64,000 nucleotides of DNA from the sequence record PP496443.1; one strand, 5' to 3'. Positions 34,092-43,689 of the stretch are shown one piece after another (within the stretch, counting starts at the first letter, position 1; every line of letters begins with the position of its first letter). The position numbers and the translations under genes were made by a program. A model generated the notes under the pieces. It was not told where the DNA came from. It did no database searches and worked only from the letters and a program-made list of their open reading frames with translations.

Positions 34092-36045
34092 TAAGCAGGA
34101 AGGTTACAGCGCCGACAGCGTTCGGGCGCTGACCGGCCTGGAAGTAATCCGCAACAACATATCGATGTACATCGGGTCCACTGACTCTGACGCACTGTTC
34201 ACTCTGGCCCGCGAACCGCTGGACAACGCGGTGGACGAGGCGCTGGCTGGTCGTAACGACGAAGTGTTCTTCCGTGCACACGGCACATGGAAAGGTTCAG
34301 CGTTCACGCCGACCGTCATGCTGATCGCAGACAATGGCACCGGTATCCCGATTGAGAAGCCGAAGGGTGAGACGCGTTCCGCACTGGAGATCGTGACCAG
34401 TCACGTGCACGGCGGCGGCAAGTTCAAAGACGCTGGTGCCTACGCTGCATCGATCGGTACGCACGGGGTGGGTATCAAGGCAACCAACGCCCTGTCCTCG
34501 TCGTTCTCGGCGTACACGTTCCGCAACAAGAAGTGGCACGTGATTCACTACAAAGATTCCAAGCTGGTCAAGCCGCCATCGGAAGCCAGCGCGCTAGAGC
34601 TGAAGTCACTGTGGGGTGAACTGGGCGAGACCCGGAAGCGGGGCACCGTCATCCGCTTCTCCCCGGACTACGGCTTCCTCGACAAAGGTTCGGCACTTTC
34701 CATCGCTGACCTGACCCACTGGTTCGAACTGCGCGCCTACTTCAACTCAGGCATCAAGTTCCGCATGGAGTACGCCCAAGCCAAGAAGGAAGACTTCAAG
34801 GCGTTGGAGTTCTACCACGATGATGGTCTGAACGACTACATGAAAATGCGCTTGAAAGAACTCAAGTGCGAGCTGATGACCGACAGTCACTTCTCTATCC
34901 ACACGCCGCATCTGGACGTGATCCTCGCATTCAGTGATACCGACGGATGTAAGGTGGACAGCTACACCAACACCATGTACAACTCTGTCGGCGGCAACCA
35001 CCAGCGGTCCACTTTCACCCTGATCTCCGACGCGTTGGCCCCGTACGCGGGCAAGAATGAATTCCACAAGGACGACATTCGGGAAGGCGTGGTCGGCCTG
35101 ATCAACTTCAAGATCGATACGCCGAAGTTCGCCAGCCAGACCAAAGAACGCTTGGCTGACCCCCGCTTTGAGATCCTGTGCACTGAGGAACTGGAAGAGG
35201 CGCTCTCCAAGTTCTTCAAGAAGAACAAGGATCTGGCAAAGCAACTGTGTGAACGTGCGGCTCGCCTGCGTGATCTCAAGGACAAGTTCAGCCTGACCAA
35301 GAAGGCGGCTACCGCCCTCAAGAAGTTGCGTTCAGGCGGATCTCTGCTGCCGGGCAAGCTGACCGAGGTTAAGGACTGCTCCGTAGAAGAGCGTGAGCTG
35401 TTCACGGTGGAAGGTGACTCGGCGGGCGGTACGGCCAAAGGCGCTCGTATGCAGGAACCGTACCGCTATCAGGAAACGCTGGCCCTCAAGGGTAAGATCC
35501 TGAACGTGATCAAGGAAGTGGAAAAGGGCAAAGGCGACGCCATCTGGGACTCCCACGAAGTGCAATGCATCTTGACTTCCCTCGGCTACAAGCCCGAAGC
35601 CAAAGACCCACTCAAGGAACTGCGCGTGGGCAAGATGATCCTTATGGCCGATGCCGACGATGACGGTGCCCACATCGCCATGCTTCAGATCGCGCTGATC
35701 GCCAAGTTCCTCCCAGGCATGTTCGACATGGGCATGGTGTATATCGCCGATCTTCCCAAGCGTATGTGCACGGTGAAGGAGAAGGGCCGGAATAAGATGT
35801 ACTTCGGCAACACGGTCGATGAGATCAAAGCCCAGATCCCACACGTCAAGGAACCGCCGATTGTTTATCTGAAAGGTCTGGGTGAGATGAACGCTGACGC
35901 ATTGCGTTACACCGCCTTCGATCCGACCACCCGCAAGTTGATCAAGATTATGCCGCCGTCCGCCGCTGACTTGCTGGACATCGACCGGCTTATGGGTGTG
36001 TCCACGGCTGAGCGTAAGCGCTTGCTGGGCATCGAGACCGAGTAA
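34072..36045 (+). CDS. gyrB: Type IIA topoisomerase subunit B (GyrB/ParE-like)
   Basis: GHKL motifs EPLDNAVDE, DNGTGIP, HGGGKF, GTHGVG; TOPRIM motifs VEGDSAGG, LKGKILN, ADADDDGAHI, KGLGEM. Confidence 0.95.
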   Translation: MMAKVNSKQEGYSADSVRALTGLEVIRNNISMYIGSTDSDALFTLAREPLDNAVDEALAGRNDEVFFRAHGTWKGSAFTPTVMLIADNGTGIPIEKPKGETRSALEIVTSHVHGGGKFKDAGAYAASIGTHGVGIKATNALSSSFSAYTFRNKKWHVIHYKDSKLVKPPSEASALELKSLWGELGETRKRGTVIRFSPDYGFLDKGSALSIADLTHWFELRAYFNSGIKFRMEYAQAKKEDFKALEFYHDDGLNDYMKMRLKELKCELMTDSHFSIHTPHLDVILAFSDTDGCKVDSYTNTMYNSVGGNHQRSTFTLISDALAPYAGKNEFHKDDIREGVVGLINFKIDTPKFASQTKERLADPRFEILCTEELEEALSKFFKKNKDLAKQLCERAARLRDLKDKFSLTKKAATALKKLRSGGSLLPGKLTEVKDCSVEERELFTVEGDSAGGTAKGARMQEPYRYQETLALKGKILNVIKEVEKGKGDAIWDSHEVQCILTSLGYKPEAKDPLKELRVGKMILMADADDDGAHIAMLQIALIAKFLPGMFDMGMVYIADLPKRMCTVKEKGRNKMYFGNTVDEIKAQIPHVKEPPIVYLKGLGEMNADALRYTAFDPTTRKLIKIMPPSAADLLDIDRLMGVSTAERKRLLGIETE

Positions 36046-36104
36046 TCCACCCCATTGCATACCCCGATCCGTTGCGCACCGCCTGGAGCGTTATACGCGG
36101 TCGG

Positions 36105-36111
36105 GTAAATG
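36105..36111 (+). promoter_or_regulatory. GTAAATR box
   Basis: GTAAATG, 20 bp before the start at 36131. Confidence 0.55.
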
Positions 36112-36130
36112 CTGGGTAGTGAGGTGATTC

Positions 36131-36346
36131 ATGCGCAACACAATGATGAAGTCGGTCAAGTGCACGACATGCCGAGGTGAAGGGTTCACGGTGGATACGT
36201 CTCGGTCCAAAGGATCGATGGACGAACAGATAGACCGATGCCACACGTGCAAGGGCCAAAAGGTGGTGATCGTTAAGATCTTTGACCCGTCCCCGGAAGA
36301 CCAAGCCAATCAGTACGCTGCCCTATACGAACAGGATAAGAAGTAA
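36131..36346 (+). CDS. Small DnaJ-type zinc-finger protein
   Basis: CTTCRGEG...CHTCKGQK (CxxCxGxG repeats). Confidence 0.65.
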   Translation: MRNTMMKSVKCTTCRGEGFTVDTSRSKGSMDEQIDRCHTCKGQKVVIVKIFDPSPEDQANQYAALYEQDKK

Positions 36347-37854
36347 TGGCTAAGACAATCAGCAAGACTCGGGCTGCCAAAGTTAAAGCGGGAATCGCAG
36401 CAGACGTAAACATCCGGGAAGTTCCCATTCTGGAATGGTCTATCGAGGCGTACATCGATACATACGCTAAGATGACTCTGGAAGACCGGGCCATCCCCGA
36501 CGTGATCGACGGACTGATGCCTTCTGAACGCCGTACTATCTGGGCAGCTCACGTCCTGAATGCCCACCACGAAGGCAAGTTCTACAAAGCCGCCCGTATC
36601 GTCGGTGACGTGATCGGCAAGTTCCACCCTCACGGTGACACGTCGGCGTATGGTACGCTGGTCAAGAGCGTGATGCATCTGTGCCACCCGTATTTCCTCG
36701 GACAAGGTAACTGGGGTACGGTCGAGGAACCCAAGAAGTTCGCGGCCATGCGATACACTGAGACGAAGCTGTCCAAGTACAGCGGACTGGTCTTGCTGGA
36801 CAAGGACTACTTGGCTGTGACCGAGATGGTGCCCACGTACGACGGCTCGTTGCGAGAACCATTCGTGCTTCCGGCGCTGCTCCCTAACCTACTGATCAAC
36901 GGCACGTACGGCGTGGCGACAGGCGCTACCACGTATTGCCCGTCGTTCAAAATCGAAGGGGTTATTGCGCTGGTACAGAAGGCCCTTAAAGGTTCGAAGC
37001 TCCGTGCACGTGACTGCCATAACCTGCTGGAGTTCAACACCCCGTACGGCGGCTATGCTGTCGTAGACGAGGACGATGAAGAAGAGGTGGCGGAACTCAC
37101 CAGCATCTTCGAGACGGGGGTGGGTCGAGTCTACTATGCCTGCGACTACGAACTACTGGAAGACAAGCATGCGGCACTGGTGACCGGGTTCGTACCTTAT
37201 CAGTCGGTCACCGCAGCCGTCCTCAAGATCGGTGAGGACGAACGCGTTGCCGAAGTTAAAGACGTATCGGGTATCAACGAGGCGGGTGATGTTGAGATCG
37301 CCTACCAGATCACGTTCAAGCGCAGCGTCAGCAAGATGATGTTGCAGGAAGTGGCCGACGAAGTACTGTCTGCATTCGACCGGGTTCAAAACTTCAAGAT
37401 GAACGTCAACCAGCGGCGCTGGAACGAGATGGACGGTAAAGCTAACTCGACGTTTGGCAGTACCGGCGTGCTCGGTGTAGTAGAGACGTGGGTGGCATGG
37501 CGGCTGGCGCTGGAGCAACGGTACCTGGAGTACAAGAACTCGAAGCTGGAGCAACGCAACTGGGCCATCAATACCCTGCTGCTCGCGGCCAATGCGCTGG
37601 ATGTTATCATGGCAGGCTTGAAGCGGGACGATACCGAGGCCTACATCAAGTCCAAGCTCAAGATCACTGATGAGCAGGTCGAGTATATCCTTGACCGTCA
37701 AGTGCGGTCCCTGAAGAAGCTTAATCAGGATCGACTCAAGTCTGAGCTGAAAGAAAACCTGGCGACCATCAAACACCACAAGGAAATGATCAAGACTCCA
37801 GAGGTTCCTGTGGCGGCACAACTAAAAGACTTCGCCAAGACACTGGCTGAGTAA
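36346..37854 (+). CDS. gyrA: Type IIA topoisomerase subunit A (GyrA/ParC-like, no C-terminal pinwheel)
   Basis: RAIPDVIDGL, KAARIVGDVIGKFHPHGD, GQGNWG, AAMRYTE catalytic Tyr, LPNLLING; ends at 502 aa. Confidence 0.95.
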   Translation: MAKTISKTRAAKVKAGIAADVNIREVPILEWSIEAYIDTYAKMTLEDRAIPDVIDGLMPSERRTIWAAHVLNAHHEGKFYKAARIVGDVIGKFHPHGDTSAYGTLVKSVMHLCHPYFLGQGNWGTVEEPKKFAAMRYTETKLSKYSGLVLLDKDYLAVTEMVPTYDGSLREPFVLPALLPNLLINGTYGVATGATTYCPSFKIEGVIALVQKALKGSKLRARDCHNLLEFNTPYGGYAVVDEDDEEEVAELTSIFETGVGRVYYACDYELLEDKHAALVTGFVPYQSVTAAVLKIGEDERVAEVKDVSGINEAGDVEIAYQITFKRSVSKMMLQEVADEVLSAFDRVQNFKMNVNQRRWNEMDGKANSTFGSTGVLGVVETWVAWRLALEQRYLEYKNSKLEQRNWAINTLLLAANALDVIMAGLKRDDTEAYIKSKLKITDEQVEYILDRQVRSLKKLNQDRLKSELKENLATIKHHKEMIKTPEVPVAAQLKDFAKTLAE

Positions 37855-37881
37855 CCCAATCCGAAACATGAGGCACATCCC

Positions 37882-38574
37882 ATGGCGAGCACGCTGGGCA
37901 TTAAAGAAGCACAAGACATACTGGGGCTGGAACCGGGCGCTGACCTTGCCGACGTCAAAAAGGCGGTGCGCAAGCTGTGCCAAAGGTTCCACCCGGACAA
38001 GGAAGGCGGTGACCCTGAGATGTTCCGACGTGTACGGGAAGCTGGGGAGTTGCTGGAGGAGATTCTGGCGGATCACGACATCATCCCGAATGAGGAATAC
38101 CTGGACGCGCTCAACTACGTCATCACCATGCTCGGCCAGAAGTACGTGGCGGCTGAGATGGACGGGATGAATGCCAGGCGTCGTGTCGCGATCAAGATGA
38201 CCAACGACGTTTTCAGCTTCCACAACCTGCAGCAAGCGGCCTTCGCAGCGGCAGCCCCGCCCAGTGCAGAGTCCTACGTGTTGAACGAACTCGAACAGGA
38301 GATCAAAGTCAACATCGATGAGTTCAATTCATCTATCGAACGGCACTCTGTTCAGGGTAAAGGGCTGCGCATGTTGATGCAAAACATGAAAGCGCCGAAG
38401 ATGGCCTACTCCGTGTGGCAAGACGCTCGGGATTCCTTGGCGCAGGCTATTCGCCAGCAACGCAACAACATCCGCATGGCGAAGATCCGGCTGCAAGCAC
38501 TGGAAGAGTTCGAAGCCATCCAGCACAAGCGCAAGCAGGAAGCCATTCGTCTGGCCCATGGGGTGCGCTCATGA
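37882..38574 (+). CDS. J-domain (DnaJ-like) co-chaperone
   Basis: AQDILGLEPGADLADVKKAVRKLCQRFHPDKEGGDPEMFRRVREA, with intact HPD motif. Confidence 0.9.
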   Translation: MASTLGIKEAQDILGLEPGADLADVKKAVRKLCQRFHPDKEGGDPEMFRRVREAGELLEEILADHDIIPNEEYLDALNYVITMLGQKYVAAEMDGMNARRRVAIKMTNDVFSFHNLQQAAFAAAAPPSAESYVLNELEQEIKVNIDEFNSSIERHSVQGKGLRMLMQNMKAPKMAYSVWQDARDSLAQAIRQQRNNIRMAKIRLQALEEFEAIQHKRKQEAIRLAHGVRS

Positions 38575-39182
38575 TCTCGGAGCAAATGTTGCACTGGTTG
38601 AAGACCGCAGCTCCGTGGAAGCCCGTGCTGATCGTGGATATCGACGGTGTGATCTTGAACAACGAACATCGCCTGCATCACATCGTGCACACGGTGGACG
38701 GCGTTCAGGTGAACCGTACGGATGCGGACTGGGAGGCCTTCCATGCCAAAGGCTCCATGGATACGCCGGGCGCGGCGGCAGCGTTCATTGAGGCAGCTTA
38801 CAACACGTTCACTCCGATCTTCGTTACGGCCCGTGTGGCCTTTGGTGAGCAGCGCAAGCACGTGCACCAGATGCTTGAGAAGACGTTGCCCAAGATCAAG
38901 GACATCAACTGGCGTACAGGTTGCCCGTCCAAGGATGAGATATTTCCATTGTTCATGCGGGCGCCCAACGAGAACTGGGACACACAGAAGGTGGGCGGTG
39001 GGGACGCCATCGTGCACCACTCTGATTACAAGCGAGTGGCGATCCAGTGGCTTCGGGCTCAAGGTATAAATCCCATGGCTGGTCTGGATGACTCCCTTAC
39101 CATTTGCAAGATGTTCGCGGAGGAAGGCCTCCTGAGCTTGCGAGTTCACAACCACGTAGCAGACGCGGCGCTGATGCGCTGA
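38571..39182 (+). CDS. HAD-family phosphatase (polynucleotide 3'-phosphatase-like)
   Basis: VDIDGVIL (motif I), FVTAR (II), DYK (III), GLDD (IV); start re-placed at 38571. Confidence 0.85.
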   Translation: MISEQMLHWLKTAAPWKPVLIVDIDGVILNNEHRLHHIVHTVDGVQVNRTDADWEAFHAKGSMDTPGAAAAFIEAAYNTFTPIFVTARVAFGEQRKHVHQMLEKTLPKIKDINWRTGCPSKDEIFPLFMRAPNENWDTQKVGGGDAIVHHSDYKRVAIQWLRAQGINPMAGLDDSLTICKMFAEEGLLSLRVHNHVADAALMR

Positions 39183-39192
39183 GGATAAGAAC

Positions 39193-39573
39193 ATGAAGAC
39201 TGAACAAGAAATGCAGCGCGCCAAGGTTTCCCAATCGATGGCCGCGCTTCTTAACGATGCCGTCGGTGGATCGATAGGACCTTCGTTGCGTGACCTGGGC
39301 AATGCGGTCATGGGTAAACCTGAAGCAGCTCACGAAGGTGGTATGTCCGCCACCATGCGACAGGAGAAAGAGTCGCTGGAAAAGTTCGGTGATAACTACC
39401 TCACCATGATGAGCAGACCTAAACACAAGCGCAAGGTGGTGAACCGAGCGATCAAGCGGGTCAATGCCATCGTCTCCAAACACGGCGTGTGCCCAAAGGT
39501 TCTGGCGCCGGTCCGCTTCGTGTCGTCCAAGAAGGACGTGTTCAACCTGGCTAAGATCAAATCGATCTGCTAA
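39193..39573 (+). CDS. Hypothetical basic protein (126 aa)
   Basis: GAGGA RBS; ORF in the operon. Confidence 0.65.
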   Translation: MKTEQEMQRAKVSQSMAALLNDAVGGSIGPSLRDLGNAVMGKPEAAHEGGMSATMRQEKESLEKFGDNYLTMMSRPKHKRKVVNRAIKRVNAIVSKHGVCPKVLAPVRFVSSKKDVFNLAKIKSIC

Positions 39574-39587
39574 TCGAGGGCAAGACC

Positions 39588-39728
39588 ATGAATGACTATC
39601 CCGTGTATCCGTACCACTCTGCACAGGCAAAAGATTTTCGTAAGAACTTCGCAGAGGCACGTGCCGCTGGACTCCCTGAGTTCACGTGGGAAGGTCGACG
39701 TTACACCACCAAACGAGCAGACGATTAA
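39588..39728 (+). CDS. Small hypothetical protein (46 aa)
   Basis: Not in the ORF track: MNDYPVYPYHSAQAKDFRKNFAEARAAGLPEFTWEGRRYTTKRADD; GAGGG RBS; followed by a hairpin at 39732-39757. Confidence 0.65.
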   Translation: MNDYPVYPYHSAQAKDFRKNFAEARAAGLPEFTWEGRRYTTKRADD

Positions 39729-39765
39729 ACCAATGCCCGGCCTAACCGTCGGGCATTGTCGCCTG

Positions 39766-39795
39766 TTGACATCCCGCTTCGACGTGTGGCATACT
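39766..39795 (+). promoter_or_regulatory. Sigma70-type promoter with extended -10
   Basis: TTGACA-N18-CATACT with TG upstream of the -10. Confidence 0.6.
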
Positions 39796-39864
39796 GGCAC
39801 CATGGGGCTACCATGGCCCCGGAAATGCTGGACCGACCAGCCACTGTCCTAAGAGGAATGCACC

Positions 39865-40287
39865 ATGTCCAAGCCCGTACCGACCCTGTTCATGAAGGCC
39901 CCGTTCGAACTCGTCTGGGGTAAACCGGAGGATGGCAACGAACTGCCGGGATCTCCGTTTGACGGCATCAACGTCAAAGGCAATGACTACGCTGCCAGCG
40001 CACAAGATCTGATGCTGCTGCACACGATGGTCGATGACTGGGCCTTCGTTCGCTTCACCGTGTTCGGCTTCGAGTTGACTCTGGATCAGATGCTGATGCT
40101 TTGCTGGTGGGAAGACAAGTGCCCGGCACACTGGTCAATGGCAGAGCATGTGGACAATCCCCAGGTTAATACTGCCAGTCATAATGAGGCAACTCTCGCC
40201 CAGCGCTGTGCCCAGATTCTTTCAGTGGCATTGGGTAGCGCGGGAAATTGCATTCTTGATATCGAGTCAAATCCCAGCAAGGTCTAA
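39865..40287 (+). CDS. Hypothetical protein (140 aa)
   Basis: GAGGA RBS, downstream of the promoter. Confidence 0.7.
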   Translation: MSKPVPTLFMKAPFELVWGKPEDGNELPGSPFDGINVKGNDYAASAQDLMLLHTMVDDWAFVRFTVFGFELTLDQMLMLCWWEDKCPAHWSMAEHVDNPQVNTASHNEATLAQRCAQILSVALGSAGNCILDIESNPSKV

Positions 40288-40343
40288 TTCACACACGGAC
40301 CTTTCGGGGTCCGTTCACTTTCTGTCCCAAAGAGGAATGTAAC

Positions 40344-40697
40344 ATGAGCCGTGCACCCGTCCGCAACCAGGTCTACACCTATGGCGAAATCATCGACGAT
40401 CTGTTCCTGCGTGACACCCCGTGTCTGATGGTGTACGTCGGTGATGGGGGTAGCCCGATCAAGAGCTACTATCCCGTCAACTCTGATCTCACTTACGAGG
40501 AACTGCGTAAGCTGCCGGGCTGGGAAGACAGCCGCTGGACGTTCGTTCGTGAGACCAGTGAATGGATTCCAGTCTTCCACTGGGACAATGATCAAGGTAG
40601 CCCGACGCAACTGGTGCAGGTGAACCGTAGTGAGTACTACGATCTGGATCACACGTCCATGGATCGTCTTATCGTAACACCGAAAGAGGTAGTCTGA
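40344..40697 (+). CDS. Hypothetical protein (117 aa)
   Basis: GAGGA RBS. Confidence 0.7.
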   Translation: MSRAPVRNQVYTYGEIIDDLFLRDTPCLMVYVGDGGSPIKSYYPVNSDLTYEELRKLPGWEDSRWTFVRETSEWIPVFHWDNDQGSPTQLVQVNRSEYYDLDHTSMDRLIVTPKEVV

Positions 40698-40698
40698 A

Positions 40699-41163
40699 AT
40701 GATCCAGATGGCACGTGACATTGACTTTTCCCTTCCGCACTCCAGCTCCAACTCGGTCAATTTTATCTTGCGTGTGGGCAAGATAAAGAACGGTGAGCGT
40801 GTGGATTCCTTCGCGTCAGACGAGTTGAAGCTTACACTCGAATCCACCAATCTAGAAGGGGTGCTTATCAGCCTGTTGGCTAAAGCGTCCAACTTAGAGC
40901 TACCTACCGTTGCGTGGGCCGGACTTGAGTATCTTATCGAGCGTGTCCAGCGGCAGTACGATTATGCTGTTATCGAGAACAGCTTCTACCGAACCATTCA
41001 AGGCTCTGATAGTAAGGGTACGGGTATTCGCCGTAATAAGCAGGTGACCGGCAACCGGGAGTACACGTTGAAAGAGTGGGCAGCGTGCTTCCTCCGGGGC
41101 CAAGGTGCCTACCCTGAGTACGAGCGTGAGTTCTTGTCGAGCCCTTGCCCACCCCAATTCTGA
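40699..41163 (+). CDS. Hypothetical protein (154 aa)
   Basis: GAGGT RBS, tight spacing. Confidence 0.65.
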   Translation: MIQMARDIDFSLPHSSSNSVNFILRVGKIKNGERVDSFASDELKLTLESTNLEGVLISLLAKASNLELPTVAWAGLEYLIERVQRQYDYAVIENSFYRTIQGSDSKGTGIRRNKQVTGNREYTLKEWAACFLRGQGAYPEYEREFLSSPCPPQF

Positions 41164-41172
41164 GTAACCGAT

Positions 41173-41667
41173 ATGAAGATCCAACGGATTGAAAAGACCA
41201 CGATAACTGATCTGATGCTTCGGGCATTGAGTCAGGGCTTCTTAGTCAACGCGTACCACGACAATAAGAAAAGACCAGTGGTCATGGTGGTGCGTATCCA
41301 TGAAGACAAGGTGAAGCTGGTCAGCCATACGACCGGTAAGAAGTACGTCCACATGCTGGCTCAATCTCTTGCCGATGCCCACGCATTGTTCCCCGGAGTT
41401 CGTGCCGTAGACGAACCAGTGGCAAAGAAAGACCTTACTCCCTTGCTAGTGCAGGCAATGGAACGCGGGTTCCGTATCCATGGAAGCGGGCCAAGAGAGA
41501 AGGGAGAGACTACTCACTCGGTGATGATCTCAAAGGACACCGACACTGAAATACTGGTGCTGGGCGCAGCCACCGAAGAAGATCACTGTGATGCACTGGA
41601 GAAGGTGTTGAAACTGGCGCTGGAGCGCTTCGGCCAGGTAGTCCCGATCACCAAAAATAAAGTTTGA
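41173..41667 (+). CDS. Hypothetical protein (164 aa, internal duplication of an L..A...GF.+ segment)
   Basis: LMLRALSQGFLV and LLVQAMERGFRI halves. Confidence 0.65.
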   Translation: MKIQRIEKTTITDLMLRALSQGFLVNAYHDNKKRPVVMVVRIHEDKVKLVSHTTGKKYVHMLAQSLADAHALFPGVRAVDEPVAKKDLTPLLVQAMERGFRIHGSGPREKGETTHSVMISKDTDTEILVLGAATEEDHCDALEKVLKLALERFGQVVPITKNKV

Positions 41668-41692
41668 CAGCCAAAACTGGCTCTGATACAAT
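41664..41692 (+). promoter_or_regulatory. Sigma70-type promoter
   Basis: TTGACA (41664-41669)-N17-TACAAT (41687-41692). Confidence 0.8.
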
Positions 41693-41742
41693 GTATGTGC
41701 CGCGCCGTAAAGCGGCACACTACCCGAAGTGAAGGAACCGAG

Positions 41743-42645
41743 ATGACCAAAACATTAGCGCTGGCTCCTATGGAGAAAGCAAATCTGATACAGGACGCTG
41801 AGTTCGCCGCGACCGCCATCAAAGAGTTGCTGACCCTGCTAATCGAGACCACTACCGAGTTGAAGAAAGAGCACGAAGACCCAATGTCTGCGGCCAAAGC
41901 TCGGTGTGATGAGTTGCATAAGACGGTGACCAAGATCGTGTCGTCGCACAACGCCAAGAACCCTGAATTCATGTTGGCTATCGAGTCTTCGACCCGAGTG
42001 ACCAACCATACCGTCTCAATCATGGACTTGACCAAGCGTCGAGGATTGAGAGTCGGTAAACCCTATCTACTAAGCTACAAGAAAGAGCTGGCTGACAAGC
42101 TGGTTCAACTCGTAGACTTTCATCAGTTCTCAAAAGGACTGCCCGTAAAAGGGACGAAAGACGCCTTGTCTGATACCGTGGTAGCACTCGCCGCCGATGC
42201 CGACAGCATCGATGAAAAGGTGAAGGCTAGCTCGGACAACTCCAAGAACCCTGTGTTCATGATGGAGATGAATATCGTCCCGCCGTTCAACTACTTCTAC
42301 GTACAACCCCGCAAGTTCCTGCTCCACAAGCTCGCCTTCGACCGCATCGGCAAAGGTGACAACAGCGACTTCATCGTGCTGAAGAAGCAAAAGGTTCTGG
42401 TGGTGGACAACGTTGCCGCCGAGAACTACAAGATGGAACCGCTGGAGCTGGCCGCTACGCTGATCGAAGCCATCAATCTGAAACGCCCCGCTGGCACATC
42501 AGAGCTGGCGATGGTGATGGAAGAACATGCGTCACTCAAAGGCAGTTCAGGCTACACGTTCTACTGGGTGGTTCCTCTGCCCACGCTTCACGTGCTGCAA
42601 CCCATCATCGGCCAAGGTACCCTCGCTTGGGGCTTGGCAGTCTAA
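41743..42645 (+). CDS. Hypothetical protein (about 300 aa)
   Basis: Start re-placed at 41743 after GAAGGA; helical N-terminus. Confidence 0.75.
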   Translation: MTKTLALAPMEKANLIQDAEFAATAIKELLTLLIETTTELKKEHEDPMSAAKARCDELHKTVTKIVSSHNAKNPEFMLAIESSTRVTNHTVSIMDLTKRRGLRVGKPYLLSYKKELADKLVQLVDFHQFSKGLPVKGTKDALSDTVVALAADADSIDEKVKASSDNSKNPVFMMEMNIVPPFNYFYVQPRKFLLHKLAFDRIGKGDNSDFIVLKKQKVLVVDNVAAENYKMEPLELAATLIEAINLKRPAGTSELAMVMEEHASLKGSSGYTFYWVVPLPTLHVLQPIIGQGTLAWGLAV

Positions 42646-42675
42646 TCCGTTCACCCACCATAAAGAGTAATTGAA

Positions 42676-43209
42676 ATGGCAAAAGGTAAAACCCCGCTGT
42701 ATCTGAGCTACATTGACACCATCAATGGTCTGCTCAACTCCATCAAGTTCTCGGCAGAACTGCCGGTGCACAAGAAGTCCATCGACCGTTCGGGTCGTAA
42801 CGTTGAGTGGTTGCGCAAGGGGATCAAGCGTGGTAAGCTGACCATCCCCGGCGTTGATATCGGCAACGAGTTCTGGAAGCTGGCTCAACTGCTGGAGGTG
42901 GAAGCACCCGCCTACGGCAATGTCAGTGCCTTAGGCATGGTTCAGACGGTTCATGTCAAGATCGGAGAGACGGTTACTCTGAACGCTGAAGGTTGGTCGC
43001 CGAGTAGCATTGAGCAACGTGAGAGTCGGATGGACCGTAAGCAACCGGAAGTGCAGGAAGAAGTTCATCCCGTAGACCTGGCACTGCGTGGTTCCACCCC
43101 GAACCGGGCACGTCAGATCAGCAAGAACCGTAACTTCGCTGAGAACTATGGCACCAATGCAGACGTGACGGACAGTACCAAGACGCTCGACAAGTATGAA
43201 ACCCGCTAA
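42676..43209 (+). CDS. Hypothetical protein (177 aa)
   Basis: ORF in the operon. Confidence 0.7.
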   Translation: MAKGKTPLYLSYIDTINGLLNSIKFSAELPVHKKSIDRSGRNVEWLRKGIKRGKLTIPGVDIGNEFWKLAQLLEVEAPAYGNVSALGMVQTVHVKIGETVTLNAEGWSPSSIEQRESRMDRKQPEVQEEVHPVDLALRGSTPNRARQISKNRNFAENYGTNADVTDSTKTLDKYETR

Positions 43210-43687
43210 TCTCAAAGCTCTCGGGATCGACACCAAACCCGGAGCGATGAACATTCCAGATGGAAGGTGCTGGGTGTGCCCGGCGGTAGCGGGGCTGGAA
43301 GACCATCACATCATCCCGCGACACTGCGGGGGCGAAGGTGGGCCACAAGTCAGACTATGCGGCGTATGCCATACGTCGATCCACAATCTGGCCAACAACA
43401 AGAAAGTGCTGGCGCAAGAGATTGAACCGCTGGAGATCCATGAGTACAACAAGGCTTGGTCCGATGCGCTGATGCTGCGCAAAGGTCATGCACTGGCGTA
43501 TGTCATCGCTAAGTCCAACAAGGTGACGAAGGGGGACGCCAACAGGAAGGTTAAGTTCGCCACCACGTTCGACGGACTCACCAGCAGGCAGTTGAAGCAA
43601 CTCAAGAAGAGCATGGGCTGCACAAGCCTTGACCAAACAATAGTGACGTTGATAAAACAGGCCCACGGGCGACTGTTTAGGGGATAG
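43196..43687 (+). CDS. HNH endonuclease-family protein
   Basis: CWVC...LEDHHIIPRHCGG...VRLCGVCHTSIH. Confidence 0.85.
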   Translation: MKPANLKALGIDTKPGAMNIPDGRCWVCPAVAGLEDHHIIPRHCGGEGGPQVRLCGVCHTSIHNLANNKKVLAQEIEPLEIHEYNKAWSDALMLRKGHALAYVIAKSNKVTKGDANRKVKFATTFDGLTSRQLKQLKKSMGCTSLDQTIVTLIKQAHGRLFRG

Positions 43688-43689
43688 AG

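Noticed and set aside
36046-36110. Structured intergenic hairpin, considered as a tRNA or ncRNA
   Set aside because: No cloverleaf, TTC T-loop or CCA end; only a loose CCCGA...TCGGG stem.
39733-39852. ORF MPGLTVGHC... (tail of the 86-aa track ORF at 39592)
   Set aside because: It overlaps a hairpin and a sigma70 promoter and has no RBS; the 46-aa ORF at 39588 is the better gene.
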